Source of the DNA: a virus
Lineage: Duplodnaviria; Caudoviricetes
Virus record (IMG/VR): IMGVR_UViG_3300037502_002662
Location: 1-56,948 of that record
Length of the DNA stretch: 56,948 nucleotides
Reading direction: 5' to 3' (one strand)
Position numbers and translations under genes: made by a program. The notes beneath the pieces are model-generated. The model worked only from the letters and a program-made list of their open reading frames with translations. It was not told where the DNA came from and did not search any database. This document shows, in pieces, positions 20,294 to 29,399 of this stretch (position 1 is its first letter; each line of letters starts with the position of its first letter).

Positions 20294-20919
20294 AAAGATA
20301 TTTGAATGTTGAGGAGAAAAATCAAGTCGCTATACTAAATAGCTTTGTGTATTTTATGGAGAACTGTATAGATAAATGGCATACGTTAAATCGTGATAAG
20401 AAGTTACTAAAAAATGCCAGAATGGCTAAAACCTGGACAGTAAAAGCTATAAAAACCTTGCTAGAGTCGCTAGACAATGATGAAAAGAAAAAAGTAAATA
20501 AATACATAAAAAGAATGCATGTTGTAGTTAGAACAAAACCAGAAGCACAAAGAGAACTACAGAGATTAAAAGAACTAGACTCTACAGTTGTAATTGATAG
20601 AGAAGATTTTATAAATTTATGCAGTTTTGCTATATTTAACTGCATGGAGTGTACTAAAAAAGATTATAAAAACTGTAAATTACGTGATATACTAATGGAT
20701 AATGAAATAGATCCTATGGACGAATACGCAGAACCTACACAATGCCAGTATCAGTACAAAGATATAAAGGAAAATGCAGTATTTAATGTTTTTAAGCATA
20801 AGGAGACTGGGGAATTATATAGAATACAACCTGGCTTAAAGCCAAAAGGCTTTGAATTAGTGGCTACAGCACCACTTGAAGAGAAATATTGGACACTACC
20901 AAAAATAATTACAGATTAA
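20290..20919 (+). CDS. Hypothetical phage protein (C-rich C-terminal motif)
   Basis: YLN.EEK start, CMEC..C..CQY. Confidence 0.7.
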   Translation: MKRYLNVEEKNQVAILNSFVYFMENCIDKWHTLNRDKKLLKNARMAKTWTVKAIKTLLESLDNDEKKKVNKYIKRMHVVVRTKPEAQRELQRLKELDSTVVIDREDFINLCSFAIFNCMECTKKDYKNCKLRDILMDNEIDPMDEYAEPTQCQYQYKDIKENAVFNVFKHKETGELYRIQPGLKPKGFELVATAPLEEKYWTLPKIITD

Positions 20920-20933
20920 AGGGGGATTTACAC

Positions 20934-21143
20934 ATGTTTTTATCATGGAAACCTACAAGCAGAAAATCACCTTGTAAAGATTGTAAAGATAGGTATCCGG
21001 GATGTCATGGGTCGTGTGAAGCATATCAATTGTACAAAGATCTTAGAAGTAAAGCTAATAAGAAACGCTATTTTGAAAGTGATGTTAATGATTTAGAACA
21101 TTGTAGAAGGCTTAGAGCTAAAAGAAAGTGGTGTGGTAAATAA
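20934..21143 (+). CDS. Small Cys/His-rich protein
   Basis: PCKDCKDRYPGCHGSCEAY. Confidence 0.7.
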   Translation: MFLSWKPTSRKSPCKDCKDRYPGCHGSCEAYQLYKDLRSKANKKRYFESDVNDLEHCRRLRAKRKWCGK

Positions 21144-23146
21144 TGGCTGTAATTAAACCAAAAAGAAAAACGGTTATTAAGCGTGGCAGTTCTTATACCT
21201 ATGATCCGAAAACATTTAAAAAAGAGCATTGGATAGATAATTTCAAACTTGTAGATGACCCAGATGAAATAATAAGAGCATTAGATAATGCGGAAATATT
21301 TGCTTTTGACTCAGAAACGTATTCTACGGGTATTGACATAAAGAAATTGCCAAAAGGTGTAGTACGTAGATGGATAGGTTCTGGTAAAAAAGCACGTCCG
21401 CAAGATTATCCGTTTTTAATGAGTTTCTGTTATGGCGATACAGCGTATTCAATATATGATACAGCTGAAAATGGGTTCAAGAAATTTAAAAGGCTTGGTA
21501 AAGAACTACTTGAGGACAAAACAAGAGAAAAAATAATACATAATGCAAAGTTTGATATGCATATAGCTGAAAATATTGGTATTAAACTTCAAGGTAAAAT
21601 ACATGACACAATAGTACTAGCTAAATTAGTTAATGAAAATAGAGGTTCATTCAGGCTAATGAAACTGGCAGAACAGTATGATGAGGGTATAATAAAATTT
21701 GAATATATGGTAGATGCTTACAAGAAGAAATACAAAATTGGTGACTATCGCAAAATTCCTAAGGACTTAATAGTAATGTATGCAAATGCAGACGTTTGGA
21801 ATGCACAACTGATATATAATAAAGAATATCCAAAAATAATTGACGATAACCTTATAAACTTATACAATCAAGAATTAGAATTAATATACCCATTATATGA
21901 AATGGAACGTATAGGTATGTATACAGATGAAGCTTATTTATTAAAGCAAGATGTATTAATGCAAGAAGAAGTTAACACAGCCGAACAAAAAATATACGAT
22001 GAAGCTGGTACTTATTTCAATATAAATTCTGGTAAACAACTATATAGAACGTTACTAGATTTGGGAGTAGATGATAGAATTATAAAGAAAACTGACAAAG
22101 GTAACCCAAAAACTAGTAAAAAAGAATTAGAAAGGTTAGCTACAAAACATAATGTAAAACTTGTTCAATATATTTTGGACTATAGAGCCGTGCATAAACT
22201 ACATAATACATATATTGAAGGTATTTTGGCTCAAAGAGACGCAGAAGGTAAAGTACATGGTAGCATAAATCAAACTGAAGCAACTACAGGCCGTATGTCT
22301 ATAACAAAGCCAGCACTACAAACACTACCTAAGGATGATACAAGAATAAGAAAGGCTTTTGTACCATCAAGTGATGAATACGGATTATATTTCATGGATT
22401 TAGATCAGGTAGAATATAGATTATTTGCACATTACGCTAAAGCTGAAGAATTAATTAAGAGTATTAAAAAAGGATGGGATATACACAGAGCCACCGCAGC
22501 TATATTATTTAGCGTGCCTTATGATGAAGTAACAGACGAACAAAGGTCTAAAGCTAAAACAATGAACTTTGCTTTAATTTATGGAATGGGTATAAATGCA
22601 TTAGCTGGTAACTTAAAATGTATTGTATCAGAAGCGCACGATTTTAGAAATAGATATTTTGCTCAAATACCTGAGGCAGAACCATTTATAAGTCAAGTAC
22701 AAAGAGTGTGCAGAACCAGAGGATATATACGTAACTTCTATGGTAGACGAAGAAGACTTAAATACAATGAAGTTTACAAAGCTGTTAATGCACTTATACA
22801 AGGATGCGCAGCAGATTACATTAAGAGTAAAATAATTAAAATATATAGGTTTTTAAAGTACAATAATTACAAAACCAGAATGATTAATGTAGTTCATGAC
22901 GAAATAGTTTTTGAAGTCCATAAAGATGAGCTACATATATTACCAAAATTAAGATGGTTGCTATCTGATTTTGAAACATTTAGGGTACCTATAACAGCAG
23001 GTGTAGATAAAGGTAATCCATCTTGGGGTCAAAAACAAAAAGATGTACCAATAGATTTTGAAAAACTCACAGATGAAGAACTAAAATTGATAAGCAAATC
23101 AATAATACCGCACAGAGAAGCACCGTTCGATAAAGAAATTTCCTAA
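21143..23146 (+). CDS. Family A DNA polymerase with 3'-5' exonuclease
   Basis: FDSET, HNAKFD, YANAD; TTGRMS, DLDQVEYR, KTMNFALIYG, NALIQG, VHDE. Confidence 0.95.
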   Translation: MAVIKPKRKTVIKRGSSYTYDPKTFKKEHWIDNFKLVDDPDEIIRALDNAEIFAFDSETYSTGIDIKKLPKGVVRRWIGSGKKARPQDYPFLMSFCYGDTAYSIYDTAENGFKKFKRLGKELLEDKTREKIIHNAKFDMHIAENIGIKLQGKIHDTIVLAKLVNENRGSFRLMKLAEQYDEGIIKFEYMVDAYKKKYKIGDYRKIPKDLIVMYANADVWNAQLIYNKEYPKIIDDNLINLYNQELELIYPLYEMERIGMYTDEAYLLKQDVLMQEEVNTAEQKIYDEAGTYFNINSGKQLYRTLLDLGVDDRIIKKTDKGNPKTSKKELERLATKHNVKLVQYILDYRAVHKLHNTYIEGILAQRDAEGKVHGSINQTEATTGRMSITKPALQTLPKDDTRIRKAFVPSSDEYGLYFMDLDQVEYRLFAHYAKAEELIKSIKKGWDIHRATAAILFSVPYDEVTDEQRSKAKTMNFALIYGMGINALAGNLKCIVSEAHDFRNRYFAQIPEAEPFISQVQRVCRTRGYIRNFYGRRRRLKYNEVYKAVNALIQGCAADYIKSKIIKIYRFLKYNNYKTRMINVVHDEIVFEVHKDELHILPKLRWLLSDFETFRVPITAGVDKGNPSWGQKQKDVPIDFEKLTDEELKLISKSIIPHREAPFDKEIS

Positions 23147-23231
23147 ATAATTTTATTTATTATATGTTATAATATAAATAGAAGGAAAAAATTTAAAATT
23201 TCAAATCAAAAAATTAAGGGGGGTGAACAAA

Positions 23232-23438
23232 ATGGCTATGAAAGCCACCATGTGGTCAATAATTTACAATGAAAAAACAGATGAAGCATGTACAGCAAAA
23301 GCTAATACGTATAATTTAACATTAAAAGACTAAATGATTTATTTCCAGAGCACAGTACAACTTGTATTATGTGTTCTACTAAAGAACCTACAAAAAGAGC
23401 AAATTAAAAGAATTGTTAGGAGGTGTAATAAATGGTAA
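23232..23438 (+). pseudogene. Small gene broken by two A-run frameshifts
   Basis: Promoter and RBS, MAMKATMW..LK then RLNDLFPE..KEPTK then EQIKRIVRR in shifted frames. Confidence 0.5.
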
Positions 23439-24010
23439 ATGGTAAAAAGTATGTTAAGCATTTAGGTTGTGAGGCGCTTAAAGAAATCGCTGAAAAAATA
23501 TTAAGTAATCATAAACAAGCAATTCACAAACATGCACGTAACGTTAAACTAAATAAAAGCGTTGAGGCAATGTTTGTAAAAAGAACGTTAGAAGCTATAT
23601 CTTGGGATATAGAGTACTTAGCAGATTATATACACAATCAATTAAATAGTATTATTAAATTATACGATAGATGGATGCTAAAAGCAGATACCTCTATAGA
23701 GGCCTATAAAAGGATAATAGAGGTATTAGAAGACATAGACTATAAAATTACATTACATTTGGATGAAGTACTAATAGAAGCATTTGATGAAAGATTATCA
23801 ATTAATATATCTATTAATGAAATAAAAATAGTATATGATACAGATGTTAACGTTTATAAAAGGTCTGAATCATATATTGATTCATCAATAGAGCATATAC
23901 AATCAATTATTATACAGGAAGAAGGCAATTTTGAAAAATTTTCTGATGAAGTGCCTGAAGGAATTAGAAAAGATTTTAAGTATTTTTCATCACCAACATG
24001 GGAAGAATAA
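23432..24010 (+). CDS. Hypothetical protein
   Basis: AGGAGG RBS. Confidence 0.7.
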   Translation: MVNGKKYVKHLGCEALKEIAEKILSNHKQAIHKHARNVKLNKSVEAMFVKRTLEAISWDIEYLADYIHNQLNSIIKLYDRWMLKADTSIEAYKRIIEVLEDIDYKITLHLDEVLIEAFDERLSINISINEIKIVYDTDVNVYKRSESYIDSSIEHIQSIIIQEEGNFEKFSDEVPEGIRKDFKYFSSPTWEE

Positions 24011-24035
24011 AAAACTATAATAAGGAGGTATTAAA

Positions 24036-24653
24036 ATGGTAAAAAAAGCAATAAAAGCAATTTGGACAACAAAATTAGAGAAAGGATTAGATGCAAATAG
24101 TTACTTTGAAGGTTTTTCTGATGAAGTGGAAGAAAAATTATACGAAAAAGTAAAAATTAAAGTTGCTGGATATAGTCAAAACGAAGGTTCAAGAGAATTT
24201 GAGATTTTAAAAAAAGAAAAAATTGAAAAAATTATAAACAATATAGACATGGAAGAAATTTGGAAAAGGACATTTAAAAAGGCTAATGGATATACTTCTG
24301 GTACCGCATATACCTATATTGATACTAGAACAGGAAAAATTGTAACATCATGGTTGCAACAATATAATGAGTTACACCCTTGGGATAGCTTTTACGAAAT
24401 AGTGTTGTGTTCTATCAAAACTCCTGTATTTGATTTTGAAGCAAAAGACTTACTAGATGAAGAAGAACAGAAAGATTTTTTTAGTCAAGACAATTACATT
24501 GATATTGAAGAATTTATAAGAGGAAAATATGGAGATGAAGAATTAGAAGAAAGAATAGAAGAAGCCATAGATTGGTATGCATGTGAATTTGTACCAGATT
24601 GGGATAATATAGAAAATCAGATTATAAATTTATATAGAAAAGTAGAAGAATAA
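24036..24653 (+). CDS. Hypothetical acidic protein
   Basis: AAGGAGG RBS. Confidence 0.75.
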   Translation: MVKKAIKAIWTTKLEKGLDANSYFEGFSDEVEEKLYEKVKIKVAGYSQNEGSREFEILKKEKIEKIINNIDMEEIWKRTFKKANGYTSGTAYTYIDTRTGKIVTSWLQQYNELHPWDSFYEIVLCSIKTPVFDFEAKDLLDEEEQKDFFSQDNYIDIEEFIRGKYGDEELEERIEEAIDWYACEFVPDWDNIENQIINLYRKVEE

Positions 24654-24747
24654 AAATGGTTCTTTATAAAAATTTAAGTTGCTCCCGGGGGACTAAGGGG
24701 ACCCCCGGGCATGAATCCTAGCGTAAACGATAAAGGAGGTGCTGATA

Positions 24748-24963
24748 ATGCCTAATATTTATTCGTCAATTCATTTCAGAAGTGATGAAAAAGTGTCAGC
24801 TGATATGAAAATTAATGAATCGGCTGAGACAGGTGTTTATGCTGTGTTATCAATAGGGGATATAAAATTCTTTGGAACAATCAAACAAATAAGGTCGATA
24901 ATGCATCAAATTTATGCTAAGATAGATGATTTTGAAGAATCCGCACAGTATTATGAAAAGTAG
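24748..24963 (+). CDS. Hypothetical protein
   Basis: AAGGAGGT RBS. Confidence 0.65.
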   Translation: MPNIYSSIHFRSDEKVSADMKINESAETGVYAVLSIGDIKFFGTIKQIRSIMHQIYAKIDDFEESAQYYEK

Positions 24964-24981
24964 GGTACAGTATCACACATT

Positions 24982-25270
24982 AAATGGCATAAACGTGTAA
25001 AAACAAATATTAGCCATTTGTTAAAGATGGCATTATAAAATCACTATTTAGGAGTGATATGTAATGTTCAATAATAGAATAGAGCTATGGGAAGTAGGGT
25101 TCACCTGTGGTAAAATAGAACTATGGGAAGTAGCATTTCATGAAGGTGGACAGTACTACAAAGTTATAACAGATAACTATTCTTCATTTGATTATGACAA
25201 TGAAATACCAGAATGGCATGACATGAATGATATTTCTAATGAACTAATAAGAGATATCGAATATATACAA
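24982..25270 (+). repeat. Degenerate duplicate of 25879-26209
   Basis: Long near-identical blocks with different deletions in each copy. Confidence 0.9.
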
Positions 25271-25300
25271 TCAATTATTATGCAGGGAGGTGGAAAGTAA
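25064..25300 (+). CDS. Hypothetical protein (rearranged duplicate)
   Basis: IELWEV repeated; homologous to broken copy starting at 25986. Confidence 0.55.
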   Translation: MFNNRIELWEVGFTCGKIELWEVAFHEGGQYYKVITDNYSSFDYDNEIPEWHDMNDISNELIRDIEYIQSIIMQGGGK

Positions 25301-25497
25301 TGACTACTATATTCTGTCCATATAGCGCTTGCAAATATAATACTTCTCGACGTCCTTGTAAAGTTGGTATATGCATAGCTGAAGAGATAAGACTTGCAGA
25401 TTATGAACTGGACGAGCCTATCTACACAGACAAAGGAGAAATTGAAGAAGCTTTAGATTGTGAAATGTACAAGCATTATCCACAAAAATTCTATTAA
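25300..25497 (+). CDS. Small Cys-rich protein
   Basis: CP..CKYN..C..C..C. Confidence 0.65.
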   Translation: MTTIFCPYSACKYNTSRRPCKVGICIAEEIRLADYELDEPIYTDKGEIEEALDCEMYKHYPQKFY

Positions 25498-25518
25498 TTC
25501 ATGGGGCCAAGTGCCCCA

Positions 25519-25572
25519 GTGTCTAATGCAGCCGAGGACGGTCCCAAGCCCGTGTAAATGCAGAGGGGACAT
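25519..25572 (+). ncRNA. Twister ribozyme (type P1, no P3)
   Basis: UGUC U^A A UGCA GC CGAGG ACGG UCCC AAGC CCGU GUAAA UGCA GAGGG GACA: P1, P2, P4 and both pseudoknots present. Confidence 0.9.
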
Positions 25573-25597
25573 AAAAATTACAAAGGGAGGCAATATA

Positions 25598-25795
25598 ATG
25601 AAAAGAATTAAGTGCCCACTTTGCTCTACGCCTTCAACAGCAACAGAATGGAATAATAAGACACGAGAATATTTTGATACAGGCATTGCAGAGCCCTACA
25701 TTATAATATCTGTAATTGAAGCAGCTATATATGTTTGTCCTAAATGTGAGGAGGAGTTAGGAGGTGAGATACTAGAACAAAACTTTATAGATTAA
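25598..25795 (+). CDS. Small Zn-ribbon protein
   Basis: GGGAGG RBS; CPLC..CPKC. Confidence 0.7.
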   Translation: MKRIKCPLCSTPSTATEWNNKTREYFDTGIAEPYIIISVIEAAIYVCPKCEEELGGEILEQNFID

Positions 25796-25818
25796 GATTA
25801 AACAAAGGGGGACCAATT

Positions 25819-25986
25819 ATGTATGACTACAATAAAATGTCAAAAATGAGAGAAGCTATCAAAAAACCTTATGGCTACAAATGGCATAAACGTGTAAATA
25901 AAATGACTGATAAACAAATATTAGCCATATACAAACGATTTGTTAAAGATGGCGTTATAAAACCACTATTTAGGAGTGATGTGTAA
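25819..25986 (+). CDS. Small phage protein (55 aa; absent from ORF track)
   Basis: AAAGGGGG RBS; MREAIKKPYGYKWHKRVNKMTDKQILAIYKRF. Confidence 0.7.
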   Translation: MYDYNKMSKMREAIKKPYGYKWHKRVNKMTDKQILAIYKRFVKDGVIKPLFRSDV

Positions 25987-26215
25987 TGTTCGATAATAGA
26001 ATAGAACTTATAAAATATTTAGAGAGTATCATAGGCACAGATGACATAGCAGTTGTTAAAGTAGGGTTCATCTGTGGTAAAATAGAACTATGGGAAGTAT
26101 TACAAAGTTATAACAGATAACTATTCTTCATTTGATTATGACAATGAAATACCAGAATGGCATGAATGATATTTCTAATGAACTAGTAAGAGATATCGAC
26201 TATATACAAGTAATA
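25986..26215 (+). pseudogene. Frameshifted paralogue of 25064-25300
   Basis: Deletion after ELWEV shifts the frame; downstream homology continues. Confidence 0.6.
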
Positions 26216-26232
26216 TTTTAAAATAACCCTTA

Positions 26233-26320
26233 TACGTGTCCGTGATAAAATTAATAGTACTATAATATTAATAAGGTTATCACGGACACGTAAAATTTAA
26301 AATAAGCATGTTACGTGTTA
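26233..26320. repeat. Dispersed palindromic element, copy 3
   Basis: TACGTGTCCGTGATA-N30-TATCACGGACACGTA perfect 15-bp arms. Confidence 0.85.
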
Positions 26321-26356
26321 TCTATGAGTATAATAATATGTATAATAATTATATTA

Positions 26357-26418
26357 GCTTAATGCGGCCTGTAGATTTTCTACAGACGGTCCCAAGCCCG
26401 TGTAAACGCAGAGGGAGC
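26357..26418 (+). ncRNA. Twister ribozyme (type P1, with P3 hairpin)
   Basis: GCU U^A A UGCG GC CUGUAGA-UUU-UCUACAG ACGG UCCC AAGC CCGU GUAAA CGCA GAGGG AGC. Confidence 0.9.
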
Positions 26419-26442
26419 ATACAATACATAAGGAGGTATTCT

Positions 26443-26709
26443 ATGGCAAGAAGTACAAACTAGTGTGGGACAATCAAAAAGTTATAGGTGAAGTTAAAAA
26501 GTCCCAAGAAAAAAGGTGGTGATAACGTTAAATGCAAGACAAGGAATAAAGTACATATACCTAAAAGGTTTCTACATACGTAAAAAAAGACAACGAAAAG
26601 ATGGTATCAAAAGACCAATTGAAGAAAACAGCACTATATTGTTAAATTAATGCAAGAAGCTATTGACCAAGCAGATGATTTTGACATTATAATATGGTTC
26701 TGTACATAA
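26443..26709 (+). pseudogene. Multiply frameshifted PC4/YdbC-like ssDNA-binding gene
   Basis: Fragments KYKLVWDNQKVIGEVKK / VVITLNARQGIKYIYLKGFYIRKK / KDGIKRP in different frames after AAGGAGG RBS. Confidence 0.5.
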
Positions 26710-26721
26710 AGGGGGACACGT

Positions 26722-27663
26722 ATGAAAGTAAAAGACTTAAATGTAGGTGATAATGTAAACATAATACTAGCGGTAAAAGAAGCTCAGCTAAAATCTACAA
26801 AAGGTGGTAAACCTTACTTGGCGATGACATTATTTGATGGAGATGAAATAATATCAGCCAATCACTGGGATTATTACTCACAATATATACCAAAACCAAA
26901 TGATATTGTAGACATTATAGCTAACGTATCAACATGGAAAGAAAAGAAGCAGCTAACAATTCAATCATTCAAAGTCAGAAGAGACTTGGATATTAAGCAG
27001 TTTGCACCTCAAGGTAACATCAATGTGGAGCAGTATATTAAAACATTAAATGGTCTAATTAACAGTATCAACAACCCAGTACTAAAAGAATTAACAGAAC
27101 AGATAATTGTAGACAATCTACCTAATCTAAAAGTTAAGCCTGCAGCAAAGACATTTCATCACGCCTATGTTGCAGGGTTGCTTAAACACTCTGTAGACGT
27201 AGCTTCACATGCAGCAAATATTGCATCATACACAGATAACTGCTCTGAAGACTTATGTATAGCTGGAGGCCTTCTGCATGATATTGGTAAACTATGGACT
27301 TACAATATTGATGGAGTAGATATAACAATGTCTTTAAATGGAGAATTAATTGAACACATAAGCAAAGGCCTCATAGAGATTGAAAAATATAGAAATAAAG
27401 AGAACACAGGTTTAATAGATTTATTACAACATATAATTGCTAGTCATCATGGTAAGCTTGAGTATGGATCCCCAGTGACACCAAAATTCCTAGAAGCGTG
27501 GATAGTGCATTTCTGTGATAACCTTGATGCTAAAATAAATATAGTACAAGAAATAAATCAAAACTTAAAAAAAGGTGAGCTATATACAGATAAGCAATGG
27601 GCATTAGAAAATCAAAAAATGATATCCCAAGAATACATTAAGTCTATTGTAGGAGGTGCTTAA
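26722..27663 (+). CDS. yhaM: YhaM/Cbf1-like OB-fold + HD 3'-5' exoribonuclease
   Basis: GKPYLAMTL.D, PAAKTFHHAY.GLLKH, LLHDIGK, SHHGKLEYGSP. Confidence 0.9.
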   Translation: MKVKDLNVGDNVNIILAVKEAQLKSTKGGKPYLAMTLFDGDEIISANHWDYYSQYIPKPNDIVDIIANVSTWKEKKQLTIQSFKVRRDLDIKQFAPQGNINVEQYIKTLNGLINSINNPVLKELTEQIIVDNLPNLKVKPAAKTFHHAYVAGLLKHSVDVASHAANIASYTDNCSEDLCIAGGLLHDIGKLWTYNIDGVDITMSLNGELIEHISKGLIEIEKYRNKENTGLIDLLQHIIASHHGKLEYGSPVTPKFLEAWIVHFCDNLDAKINIVQEINQNLKKGELYTDKQWALENQKMISQEYIKSIVGGA

Positions 27664-28474
27664 AGTGGGTTTCTACAAACTGTTCTATTGTGATATCTGT
27701 GGGGCGGAGTACCCTCCCCACTTGTTAAAAGATTTAGGCAATTCAACACATTTGTGTGAAACATGTATAACACCTAAATTAGTGGTCGTAAGAGATATAG
27801 CCAACATCATAGATGAAAATTCTAATAAATATTTTGCAGCAATACAAAAAATGGCAAAAGAACACGATGTATTAGTGCTAGAAACTATTGTACAAAATGA
27901 AAAAGAATTTAAGGAAGTTGCTTCACTTGAGATACCTACTCTTGTGTTGCAACCGTGTCAATTTGATACATCAATTATCAAACATAATATGGAAAAATAT
28001 CAAACAGTAAGGGCCATAAAAAGTATAATAAAAGAGTCAAATATAGATAAGCCTACTGTTATAATATTCAACAGATCAGACTTAATAGGAAAGCCACTGG
28101 CACTTGCACTCCTAGATAAAGACATAAATGCAACGCCTATTGTAATACACTCTAAAACACCACATGAACGTGCCGCCACGCTTCTTGAACAAGCCGATAT
28201 TGTTGTGTTGGCTACATCTAAAACGCAGAATATTAATGTAAAAGGTAAAGTGGTCATTGATATAAGTGGTGATAATTCATCACTTAAAGACCAGTGTAGA
28301 TACGTTTCTATGTCTGAGGTAGGTAAGCGTACTACACAAAGACTAATCAAAGATGTTAGGAGATGGTGGTATGGAAACATGCAAGAATGGCGTAAAGGTC
28401 TACAGTATGGGTTGGATAATGCTAATAATAACGATAATAGCATTGATAGTAGTGCCGGGGAGGCAGGAAGATGA
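27656..28474 (+). CDS. folD: Zn-finger fused to truncated FolD-like methylene-THF dehydrogenase/cyclohydrolase
   Basis: PKLVVV..S.KY, NRSDLIGKPLA..LL..NAT..HSKT..ADIVVLA, VVIDI. Confidence 0.7.
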   Translation: MLKVGFYKLFYCDICGAEYPPHLLKDLGNSTHLCETCITPKLVVVRDIANIIDENSNKYFAAIQKMAKEHDVLVLETIVQNEKEFKEVASLEIPTLVLQPCQFDTSIIKHNMEKYQTVRAIKSIIKESNIDKPTVIIFNRSDLIGKPLALALLDKDINATPIVIHSKTPHERAATLLEQADIVVLATSKTQNINVKGKVVIDISGDNSSLKDQCRYVSMSEVGKRTTQRLIKDVRRWWYGNMQEWRKGLQYGLDNANNNDNSIDSSAGEAGR

Positions 28475-28790
28475 TTTAACTAAAAGAGAACAAAACTATA
28501 TGCAAAGTGTATTAACTGAATATGATACATTCAAAGAACTATTTGAAGACCCTGAAACAAGAAAAAATCCAAATGTAATGAAGATACAACTACAAATAAT
28601 TGAACAGAAAGTTAAAGAGCTTAAAAATATATCTGACAATCCAAAGATACACGCATTTGGTGATGCAATACTTGGTGGCTGCGGATTAGTCTATAAAGGT
28701 TATCTAGAATCAGATGTTGACAAAATCAAAGAAGGTATCAAATTATTGAAAAGTGCAAAAAGCATTCTAAAGGGGGAAGATGATGAATGA
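28371..28790 (+). CDS. Membrane-anchored hypothetical protein
   Basis: N-terminal TM WIMLIITIIALIVV. Confidence 0.6.
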   Translation: METCKNGVKVYSMGWIMLIITIIALIVVPGRQEDDLTKREQNYMQSVLTEYDTFKELFEDPETRKNPNVMKIQLQIIEQKVKELKNISDNPKIHAFGDAILGGCGLVYKGYLESDVDKIKEGIKLLKSAKSILKGEDDE

Positions 28791-29221
28791 AACAATGTAA
28801 GGTTTGTGAGGGGCATTTTCAAGAAACAAAAATTAGGCGTTACAAAGGGGTATACCTTTGTAACGCTTGTTACAATGAAGCTATTAATAGAGAAAGATGT
28901 GTAATATGTGGTGGTGGACTAGTTAATCTAGGACCTCATAAGTATTGTGAAAGATGTGGTAGTAGAATATTTGTAGTTAATGATGATTATATAGAGCACT
29001 GTCTTGTACTAATAGGTATGTTAGTTAGTAATACGAGGTACGCAACCAAAGAAGCATACGAAAGTGATGTACGCAGAATGCTACAAATGCATTGCCCCAT
29101 GGTTATAAAATGGATCAATCAATTTGTAGATACTACTGAAGTCTTAAGATATGTCTACAGAACAGTCTTATCTCAAGCGATTAATATACACATAGGGGGT
29201 ACAGAACAAGATGACGCTTGA
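28787..29221 (+). CDS. Double Zn-ribbon protein
   Basis: Four CxxC pairs. Confidence 0.7.
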   Translation: MKQCKVCEGHFQETKIRRYKGVYLCNACYNEAINRERCVICGGGLVNLGPHKYCERCGSRIFVVNDDYIEHCLVLIGMLVSNTRYATKEAYESDVRRMLQMHCPMVIKWINQFVDTTEVLRYVYRTVLSQAINIHIGGTEQDDA

Positions 29222-29399
29222 TGACTTATTTGTCACTACAGATGATAAATACAGGATTTGTAGTGAATGTGGTGAACGTAAGCATGTTAGTGAGTTCTAC
29301 AAAGATGGTAAGCGTAATGGATTGATACGCTACAGAAGAGATTGTAAAAACTGTTATCGTAAAAAACGTATACGTGAAAGACGCTATAAAAGGAGGTGA
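29211..29399 (+). CDS. Small Zn-finger protein
   Basis: CSEC..K..SEFY..RRDCKNC. Confidence 0.7.
   Translation: MTLDDLFVTTDDKYRICSECGERKHVSEFYKDGKRNGLIRYRRDCKNCYRKKRIRERRYKRR

Noticed and set aside
23940-24130. CTGATGA as hammerhead ribozyme cores
   Set aside because: Inside ORFs (FSDEV) with no flanking stems or correctly placed GAAA
24680-24730. Pistol or HDV-like ribozyme
   Set aside because: Lacks the additional helices and conserved catalytic junctions; kept only as an unassigned structure
25460-25597. N-terminal extension of ORF 25460-25795 and minus ORF 25453-25686
   Set aside because: Overlaps twister 1; the RBS-supported start is 25598
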